Shown here: one piece after another, positions 56,520 through 64,000 of the stretch
Layout of the letters: the number at the start of each line of letters is the position of its first letter
Numbering within the stretch: position 1 is the stretch's first letter
Virus record (IMG/VR): IMGVR_UViG_2791355164_000002
DNA: 64,000 bases
Reading direction: 5' to 3' (one strand)
Origin: an uncultured virus (IMG/VR IMGVR_UViG_2791355164_000002)
Taxonomy: Duplodnaviria > Heunggongvirae > Uroviricota > Caudoviricetes
Position numbers and translations under genes: made by a program
Notes under the pieces: generated by a model
Database searches by the model: none
Told to the model about the DNA's origin: nothing
What the model saw: the letters and a program-made list of their open reading frames with translations, nothing else

Positions 56520-59500
56520 ATGCCAGCAGGCTCGATTTCTTTAACGAACGGAAGCGGAACTGTCACAGGAGAAGGAACCTCCTTCACAAATGAAGTAAAA
56601 ATTGGTGATTACATCGCCTTTACGAGCGACGGAATCAGTTATGCTTATCCTGTCAGCGCAATCTCAAGTGATACTAGCCTGACGATTAAACCTGTTTTTG
56701 CTGGACCGACTAAGAGCGAATTACCGTTTAACGTCATCCCCTCATCACAGATGCAAGCTATTCCCACTCGGCTAATAACACAGGTTACGAACGCACTTCT
56801 TCAGGACCAGGCAGATCGGGCCAACTGGCAAAAACTGCTGACCGAAGATGGTAATGTGACCATTACCAATCCTGACGGAACGCAAACCACGGGGCCGAGC
56901 TGGCCAGCCGTCTCAAAAGGGATTGATGCGACCAATCTTGATAAGGCGCAGCAAATCGCAGACCAGACCAGCGCCGCCGCGACAGCTGCTGCCACAAGTG
57001 AAACGAACGCCAAAGCTTCTGAGGATGCCGCCGCGCAAAGTTCATCAGATGCCAGCACTTCAGCAACAAATGCCGCCGAAAGCGCTCAGCAAGCCGCCGA
57101 TTCAGCCAGCTCAATCGGCGATGAACTCGATCAGGCGTCAGCAAGTGCAGCAGCCGCCGCTAAAAGTGCAACAGACGCCGCAGCCAGCGAAGCAAACGCA
57201 AGCACATCAGAAACCAACGCCAAAGCTTCTGAAGATGCCGCCGCTGCCAGCCAGCAGACCGCAGCAGAAAGTCAGAGCGCAGCCGCCGCCAGTGAAACTA
57301 ATGCGGCAAGCAGTGAAGCGAATGCCGCAGATAGTGCAAATGCCGCAGCCACCAGCGAGCAGAACGCATCGCAGAGCGCGAGCGACTCAGCAGACAGCGC
57401 CACCGCTTCCGCCACATCAGAAACTAACGCCGCAAGTTCAGCGAGTGATTCGGCAGATAACGCCACCAGCGCCAGCGCAAGCGCAGATCGTGCAGAGGCC
57501 GCAGCCGATGCACTGGAGAACAATAACGCACTTGCGAACGCCATCGATCACATCGACACCGATACCCATGATGTGTTTTTTAAAGCCTCAATCGCATCAG
57601 GTGCAACAAGTGCATTCACGGAATTACGCACTATTTCAGATGGAACCACACCCGCAACAAGCGAAATCGTCCTCACCGATAATACGGGTGTTACCGATGA
57701 AGAGCCGGACGCGACAGTCATTAAAACGTGGTCTATGCCAGATGAAGAAGGCCAATTAATCCGGCTTGCTGATACCGGCATCGAATCCGTTTCAGAAAGC
57801 AATGTGACCTTTGACGGCGCTGTCAGTGTTGGGGTTGAAGCGGTAAAAGATAATGATCTCGTGACCCTTCGCCAGTTGCGATCGGCAACAGCGGGTTCTG
57901 TTTCAGGCGGTCCAACACTAAATGGCGTGATGAATAATGCGTTGGGTGCGGTTGAATGGTTTAACGGTTCGCGAGCTGCGATCTGGCCGGGTTATCTCCC
58001 CGCTGATGGACAGATTCTGAATCGTGCAGATTATCCTGACTTGTGGAATGCTGTTGAAAGTGGATTTTTCATCTCAGTTTCTGACGATGACTGGCTGGCG
58101 GGTATTGATTCGGGGGGGCACAATAACCAGGCCTCTTATTCAACAGGTGATGGTTCAACGACATTCCGACTTCCTGACCTGAACGGGACGCAATCCACCT
58201 CCGTTCCTAACCTGTATTTGCGAGGCGTAGGAGTCGTTAACCCTAATGTCGGTAAAGCTCATCAGGACGGCGCACCAAACATAGTTGGCTCATGGTCAGC
58301 AGGTGGCGCGGTAGGAGTGATCAATAAGACAAACTCGCAAGTTAGGGGCGCTATAGGTAAAGGGACAACAGATAAAGCCTATGGCGCACCATACGTTAAT
58401 AACAACATAAGTTCGCCTGCGGTTGGCGCTTCTCCAATAGTCCAGAATACGCCGCTAACGGGCAATGATCTGACTTTTGACGCCAGCAAGAGCTATGCAG
58501 GATACGGACGTTCTCCTACTGAGATTCGTCCCTCATCCGCCCTGGGTATTTGGATGATTCGGGTTAATGGCATATTCAAAGCCGATACAAGCTTTCAGGT
58601 CATCACAGCGGATGAAGCGCTTCCGGCTTCAGGTTCTGTCGTCAATGGAGGTGTAATCGATTCTATCTATAACGCGGGCGGAAATAACCTCGCAGCAGCT
58701 CAGCTGCGCGTTAATTTGACAGTAGGTCAAACACCCGTAGCAATGCTGGATATTATCGATAAAACCACAGACGAGATTTTGACAGACACTGTTATCTTCA
58801 GTCGATCAGGCATGACTTACCGTGAAGGATCAGGAACCGGAAGCGACAATAATCGCAACGGCGGAAACTATCGTTCAGAAACGGCGCAAAGCTTCGGCCA
58901 GATGCGGGCATACCGTAATTCAGCTGATGGTGGTCTGGTGTTTGAGGTGTCGCAAGATGGGGGGGCATCACGGAACTTCTTCATGACAGGTAATGGTGCG
59001 ATGGTCGTTCCTGGCGGAATGACAGCGCTAAATGGTGAAATCCTGTCATCAAATGCTGATATTGCTGCCGCTGTTACGGCTACCGGCACGCCTAATAATG
59101 GCGATTTCCTTAATTCACCAGCTGTTCGTTCAATGTTGTTTGGACGAGGGGTCGGCGGAGATGCTCGCGGTGCATTTTTTGGCATGTATCACCAGGAATA
59201 TGTCGGAAATTATTCACAAGGAATTTTCAACCTGAATGGTTATGGAACCGATCATAACTGGTTTTTCAGGCAAGATGGCAATGCTTATTCACCAGGGGGG
59301 CAGTTTGTTACAGGTGGGTCGGATGTTCGCCTGAAAGATAATATCCAACCAGTGAAAGTCGGTTCTGGCGAACGGATCGATGCTATTAAGGTCATTGAGT
59401 TCGAGTGGTGGAAAACCGGCGAAAAGGACAGGGGTTATATCGCCCAGGAAATGGATGAAATCGATCCTTGCTATACCAATTTGGGAGGAGAAAACACTGA

Positions 59501-59729
59501 TAAGGATGGGAACAAGTTTGAAGTAATGGGTGTCAAAGACCGCGCTATTCTGGCTGACATGATTGTTTGTGTTCAGAATCTTCGCAAAGAAAAAGCCACA
59601 TTAAAAGACGAACTGAACAAATCACAAGCAACAATAAAATCACTTATTGAGGCATTGGGTTATCTTGCCGATGATGATCAGAATGCATTCAAAGATAATC
59701 TGAACTCTCTTCGTGCAGGCAATATTTAA
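56520..59729 (+). CDS. Side tail fibre 1 (Ala/Ser repeats, tail collar, S74-type chaperone)
   Basis: GYLPADGQILNRADYPDLW, GDGSTTFRLPDL, SDVRLKDNI...GYIAQE. Confidence 0.9.
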   Translation: MPAGSISLTNGSGTVTGEGTSFTNEVKIGDYIAFTSDGISYAYPVSAISSDTSLTIKPVFAGPTKSELPFNVIPSSQMQAIPTRLITQVTNALLQDQADRANWQKLLTEDGNVTITNPDGTQTTGPSWPAVSKGIDATNLDKAQQIADQTSAAATAAATSETNAKASEDAAAQSSSDASTSATNAAESAQQAADSASSIGDELDQASASAAAAAKSATDAAASEANASTSETNAKASEDAAAASQQTAAESQSAAAASETNAASSEANAADSANAAATSEQNASQSASDSADSATASATSETNAASSASDSADNATSASASADRAEAAADALENNNALANAIDHIDTDTHDVFFKASIASGATSAFTELRTISDGTTPATSEIVLTDNTGVTDEEPDATVIKTWSMPDEEGQLIRLADTGIESVSESNVTFDGAVSVGVEAVKDNDLVTLRQLRSATAGSVSGGPTLNGVMNNALGAVEWFNGSRAAIWPGYLPADGQILNRADYPDLWNAVESGFFISVSDDDWLAGIDSGGHNNQASYSTGDGSTTFRLPDLNGTQSTSVPNLYLRGVGVVNPNVGKAHQDGAPNIVGSWSAGGAVGVINKTNSQVRGAIGKGTTDKAYGAPYVNNNISSPAVGASPIVQNTPLTGNDLTFDASKSYAGYGRSPTEIRPSSALGIWMIRVNGIFKADTSFQVITADEALPASGSVVNGGVIDSIYNAGGNNLAAAQLRVNLTVGQTPVAMLDIIDKTTDEILTDTVIFSRSGMTYREGSGTGSDNNRNGGNYRSETAQSFGQMRAYRNSADGGLVFEVSQDGGASRNFFMTGNGAMVVPGGMTALNGEILSSNADIAAAVTATGTPNNGDFLNSPAVRSMLFGRGVGGDARGAFFGMYHQEYVGNYSQGIFNLNGYGTDHNWFFRQDGNAYSPGGQFVTGGSDVRLKDNIQPVKVGSGERIDAIKVIEFEWWKTGEKDRGYIAQEMDEIDPCYTNLGGENTDKDGNKFEVMGVKDRAILADMIVCVQNLRKEKATLKDELNKSQATIKSLIEALGYLADDDQNAFKDNLNSLRAGNI

Positions 59730-59855
59730 ATCAGAAAACCACATCGGATAAATATTCTTTAAGCCTATAGAAGATAAACCCCCTTTAAAATCGGTAATTC
59801 ATTCTTTATTTAAACAACTTTCATCTAATGCATTAAATATCGATGAGGCGTAATT

Positions 59856-62800
59856 ATGCCAGCAGGTTCGATTTCATTAACGAATGGAAGCTCATCTGTC
59901 ACGGGCGACGGAACCTCTTTCACTACAGAAGTTGAAAATGGTGAATATCTGCTTTGTACTGATGGTGGTACGAACTATACATTGCCGGTGACGTCAGTCC
60001 CTTCAGACACAGAATTAACACTTTCAGGCGACTTTACTGGACCGACAGCCTCAGGGTTAAGCTATCGTGTGATTTCAGGTGCTCAACTCGTGTCTGTTCC
60101 GACTGATCTGATCAATCAGACTACCCTGGCTATTCGTGAGCTGAATACAGACAAAGCGAACTGGAACCAACTTCTGACCGTTGATGGGGATGTGACTATC
60201 ATCGCACCTGATGGAACGAAAATCTCGGGTCCGAGTTGGGTAAAAGTGTCGAAAGGAATTAATGCAACAGACCTTGATAAAGCGCAGCAGATCGCAGACC
60301 AGACCAGCGCAGCCGCGACAGCAGCCGCCACGAGCGAAACGAATGCCAAAGCCTCTGAAGATGCCGCTGCGCAAAGTTCCTCAGATGCCAGCACATCAGC
60401 AACCAATGCAGCCGACAGCGCTCAGCAAGCCGCCGATTCAGCCAGCTCAATCGGCGATGAACTCGATCAGGCCTCAGCAAGTGCAGCAGCAGCCGCTAAA
60501 AGTGCGACAGCAGCCGCAGCAAGTGAAACAAACGCCAGCACATCCGAAACCAACGCCAAATCCTCTGAAGATGCCGCCGCTGCCAGCCAGCAGGCAGCAG
60601 CAGAAAGTCAGAGCGCAGCCGCAACCAGTGAAACCAATGCGGCAACCAGTGAAGGGAATGCCGCAGATAGTGCGACCTCAGCGGGAACCAGCGAATCGAA
60701 CGCCGCTCAAAGCGCCAGTGATGCATCTGACAGCGCGTCAGCCGCCGCCACATCAGAAACCAATGCCGCCAGTTCAGCAAGTGATTCAGCTGAAAGCGCA
60801 ACTAACGCCAGAAAGAGCGCCGACAGGGCAGAAGATGCCGCATCCGCACTTGAGAATAACAACGCGTTGGCCGAAGCCATTGACCACATCAACACAGACA
60901 CGAACGATGTGTTTTTTAAAGGATCTATTGCCTCTGGTGGTTCAAGTGCTTTCACAGAACTTAGAACAGTTTCAGATGGGACCACACCAGCCACTAGTGA
61001 AATCGTTCTTACAGATTCCACGCTGGTTACGGATGATAATCCTGACGCTGAAGTGGTTAAGATATGGACCCTTCCCGATGATGAAGGGCAGCTGATCACC
61101 CTCGATGATGCTGGTATTGCGTCAGCAAGCGATTCGTCAGTCGCATTCAAAGGCTCGGTTTCTGTTGGTGTGGATGCTTCTCGTGATGCCGAATTGGTGA
61201 CTTTAAGGCAATTGAATTCAGCGGTTGCTGGTGGTGGCGGATCAAATGGCGCAACACTTAACGGCGTGATGAATAATTTCATCGGTGCTGTGATGTGGAT
61301 GAATGGAACACGCGCCTCTTTACCTGCTGGCTATCTTGCTGCTGATGGTCAGATGCTGAACCGTTCAGACTATCCCGACCTCTGGAACGCTGTTGCTTCA
61401 GGGCTGTTTGTCAGCACAGAAGAGGCTAACTGGACAGGAACGACTGGACCACGAGCCTATTATTCTGACGGTGATGGTTCTACAACATTCCGGCTTCCTG
61501 ATTTGAATGGTCGCCAGTCCGGTTCCATTCAGGGGGTTTTCCTTCGTGGTGATGAAGATGGCATGTTGCCAGGTGAAATCCGTTCCAGTGCATTGCCGAA
61601 CATCACAGCTCAGTTCGGTTCAACTTTTGATGGTCAGGTTTGGCTGAGTTGGAATTCAGCGCAAGGTTCAGCTTCCCCCGTTGTCACTGTTAATAACGTT
61701 ATGCATCCCCTGAGTGGATATAGTGCCGTGACAGGACTTTCACAAATGAATATTGATGCCTCTCGTTCGAGCGGGGTTTATCAAAATGGGATCAATGAAG
61801 TTCGTCCACCCTCTGCTTCAGGGATGTGGATCATTCGTGTGTCAGGCACATTTAATGCAGCTGATACGAACTTTAACGTCATTAATGGTGATGCCTCCGC
61901 ACCTGATTCAGGAACCGTGACGTTCGGTGGCGATTTACGTTCGGTCTATCAACTGAACGGCACTGACTTTGCAACACTTGCTTTTCGGCCTCGCGTCACA
62001 TGGGGAACGGGTGTCACGGGTGAAATCCGTCTGATTGATGCCAGCACATCGACCGTAGCCACAAAAACATGGACCATGCCAGGGGAAGAGGGACAGCTGG
62101 TTGCAGTCGATAGCGCAGGAACAACGGTTGCGCCAATCGTGAGGGCCACACAACAATTCCAACTTAATAATGATAACAATTTCTTTGGTCTGTCCTTCAA
62201 TGGGGGAACCGTTCAGGCATCCTTTCTGAACATATCCAACGTCGATTTCAATGGTCTTTGGGTACATACCTCAACCATGAGCGTTAATGGCAGTATTAAC
62301 AATAATGTTGCCGCTCAGGGGATGCACTTTCTCTGGAATGAAACCGGCGGTCAGGGTGAGGGCGATATTGTCATTAACCGTGGAGGGGGTGTCGGAGGTC
62401 TTCATGTCCGTGTTGTCAACCAGGATAATACTATTCAGGAAACAGCGTTTACGTTCTCATACGATGGGATTTTAGATTGTCCCAATGGAAATCAGTCTGT
62501 AGGTGGACGAATCAGAGCGTTTACTGATGTCGGTGCTAATCAGGTAATGCTGATTGTGGATGGTGCAACAAAAATCATCTCTTTGAGCGATTCAGATGAA
62601 AGGCTGAAAGAAAATATCATTGATGCCGATGAGGAACTGGCGATTTCGATAATCGAAAGGGTTCATCCAGTTTGTTTTAATTTTAAAGATTATAAAGCCA
62701 CTAAGAAAATCCAGGATGAAGCGGGAAAATTCATTGATAGTGAGATTATCGTTAAAGGGAAATATCATCGATTTGGTGTAATCGCTCAGGAACTTGAAAT

Positions 62801-63050
62801 GTTACTTCCTGAAGCGGTAAACACCACTCCAGATGATGATGCTTACAAAAGTATTGACCTCATGGAGATGAACGGATTGCTTTTGACAACCGCTCATGCT
62901 CAACAGAAAATCATTAAGGACATGTCTTCTCAACTTGAAGACGAAAAGCAAAAAATCAAAAGCCTGATTGATGCTTTAGGTTATCTTGAAGATGGCGATC
63001 AAGACTCTTTTAAAAATCAGCTGACTGGCCTTCGTGGTGGCCATATTTAA
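59856..63050 (+). CDS. Side tail fibre 2, paralog of fibre 1
   Basis: Same architecture; SDERLKENI...GVIAQE. Confidence 0.9.
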   Translation: MPAGSISLTNGSSSVTGDGTSFTTEVENGEYLLCTDGGTNYTLPVTSVPSDTELTLSGDFTGPTASGLSYRVISGAQLVSVPTDLINQTTLAIRELNTDKANWNQLLTVDGDVTIIAPDGTKISGPSWVKVSKGINATDLDKAQQIADQTSAAATAAATSETNAKASEDAAAQSSSDASTSATNAADSAQQAADSASSIGDELDQASASAAAAAKSATAAAASETNASTSETNAKSSEDAAAASQQAAAESQSAAATSETNAATSEGNAADSATSAGTSESNAAQSASDASDSASAAATSETNAASSASDSAESATNARKSADRAEDAASALENNNALAEAIDHINTDTNDVFFKGSIASGGSSAFTELRTVSDGTTPATSEIVLTDSTLVTDDNPDAEVVKIWTLPDDEGQLITLDDAGIASASDSSVAFKGSVSVGVDASRDAELVTLRQLNSAVAGGGGSNGATLNGVMNNFIGAVMWMNGTRASLPAGYLAADGQMLNRSDYPDLWNAVASGLFVSTEEANWTGTTGPRAYYSDGDGSTTFRLPDLNGRQSGSIQGVFLRGDEDGMLPGEIRSSALPNITAQFGSTFDGQVWLSWNSAQGSASPVVTVNNVMHPLSGYSAVTGLSQMNIDASRSSGVYQNGINEVRPPSASGMWIIRVSGTFNAADTNFNVINGDASAPDSGTVTFGGDLRSVYQLNGTDFATLAFRPRVTWGTGVTGEIRLIDASTSTVATKTWTMPGEEGQLVAVDSAGTTVAPIVRATQQFQLNNDNNFFGLSFNGGTVQASFLNISNVDFNGLWVHTSTMSVNGSINNNVAAQGMHFLWNETGGQGEGDIVINRGGGVGGLHVRVVNQDNTIQETAFTFSYDGILDCPNGNQSVGGRIRAFTDVGANQVMLIVDGATKIISLSDSDERLKENIIDADEELAISIIERVHPVCFNFKDYKATKKIQDEAGKFIDSEIIVKGKYHRFGVIAQELEMLLPEAVNTTPDDDAYKSIDLMEMNGLLLTTAHAQQKIIKDMSSQLEDEKQKIKSLIDALGYLEDGDQDSFKNQLTGLRGGHI

Positions 63051-63347
63051 AATAAAAAAAACCCATCGTTTCCGATGGGTATTCTGGCAAGAAACCAGAG
63101 AGAGTAAGTTTAGGATGAAGATCATCCGTGGCAGAGCCAAAGGCACATGGCTCATCTAAATAATACCTCTGAACAATTTTGAAAATGGATCAATCTAAGC
63201 GAAATCTTAATTCCTGATGATTTTTTGCTCAATGAATTGTCGCTTAGACCGCATATAAAGATAAAAATTCGCATGAATTGGGAGGGAAAAGGGAGTGTGA
63301 TTATTAAAATGCTGTGAAATTTTTGATAAAAAATAAAGGTATTTCAC

Positions 63348-63959
63348 ATGCAGAACTCTCAAATTACTGTTCTTTTGAACGACAACAGCCTTAACCGTGA
63401 AAATTCAAAGATGTTCATGAATTACGTTGGAAAAGTGAGTTCGATACCTGGTTTCATTTTGCCTGAGCCTTATCGGCTGGTAAGCTCTGTTATCTGCAAT
63501 GAGTTTCGGATCATATCCTCTGACCCTGATCCTGAAACACTTTTCCTTATCCGTCTCTTCGACCTTCCTTCCGATCATATTTTAAACCTCTCAAATTATT
63601 CCTCTCTGAACAAAAAGCTGACTCAATGTCTTGTATGGAGTTCGCTTGTCCCCGGTCAACCTGATGCCTTTCAGTTTCTGGCCACAAAATTTTTTGATTA
63701 TTTTTTAAACCAATACAATATCGGGATCACGCCTGGGCCGATGACCCTTGCAAGCGCGCATTTCTGGGAAGGGCGGCTTACCAGTGCCTTCATGAACCCG
63801 AAAATGAATGTGATTAAGAGCGATGGCCAGGAAATCTTCGTGATCCCTAACTGGGATGCTTTTCAGGAGGACTGGAGCGAAATGATTCTTAAATCGAGTG
63901 AAAACATTCAGGACCAAACCGTGATTGTGATTTCAAAAGAGAACGAGGTTAAAACTTAA
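63348..63959 (+). CDS. Hypothetical moron protein
   Basis: AT-rich 203-aa ORF with AAAGG upstream. Confidence 0.7.
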   Translation: MQNSQITVLLNDNSLNRENSKMFMNYVGKVSSIPGFILPEPYRLVSSVICNEFRIISSDPDPETLFLIRLFDLPSDHILNLSNYSSLNKKLTQCLVWSSLVPGQPDAFQFLATKFFDYFLNQYNIGITPGPMTLASAHFWEGRLTSAFMNPKMNVIKSDGQEIFVIPNWDAFQEDWSEMILKSSENIQDQTVIVISKENEVKT

Positions 63960-64000
63960 GGCGTTACTGATTACAGTGAATGAATGTTTATGAAGCTGCC

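Larger units (their letters stand above)
1..64000. mobile_element. Lambdoid prophage or temperate siphovirus with HK97-type head and lambda-like tail; ends not identified in the window
   Basis: Continuous order recombination - immunity - replication - nin - Q - terminase - head - tail - fibres. No integrase, att site or host housekeeping gene seen. Confidence 0.97.

Noticed and set aside
56923..61095. 278-aa and 277-aa Pro/Gln-rich ORFs in an alternative frame of both fibres
   Set aside because: Expected by-product of GCN/AGC-rich Ala/Ser repeats, which lack stops in that frame.
56520..63959. Diversity-generating retroelement or invertible fibre cassette
   Set aside because: No reverse transcriptase or invertase in the window; the repeats are direct and within stalk-coding sequence.

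Overview
The whole window is one lambdoid siphovirus prophage (or phage genome) of an enterobacterium. It has a lambda-like early region (recT/recE, a cIII-like peptide, cI, cro, cII, O with iterons, P, an orphan DNA methyltransferase, nin genes, Q), an HK97-type head (terminase, protease-capsid fusion, then portal) and a lambda-like tail (tube, G/GT, tape measure, M, L, K, two I genes, J, two side fibres). No integrase and no holin/endolysin/spanin are visible in the window. The accessory load is very heavy. (1) The position after Q, where lysis genes normally lie, holds four divergent TerB-fold genes with orphan HicB and HigA antitoxins. (2) Up to seven antitoxin-like genes (HicB x2, HigA x2, Phd/YefM-like x3) lack an adjacent toxin, alongside an intact phd-doc and two hok-type modules. 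(3) Between L and K lie three alpha/beta-hydrolase paralogs with Ala, Cys and Ser at the nucleophile position, plus a GDSL esterase autotransporter. (4) Two glycosyltransferases and a probable head-spike module precede the terminase. (5) The portal is fused to about 23 Pro-rich repeats. (6) CI has lost its S24 catalytic dyad, and put-like twin hairpins follow pL and the putative late promoter. All assignments come from motif recognition by eye; no searches or folding computations were run.
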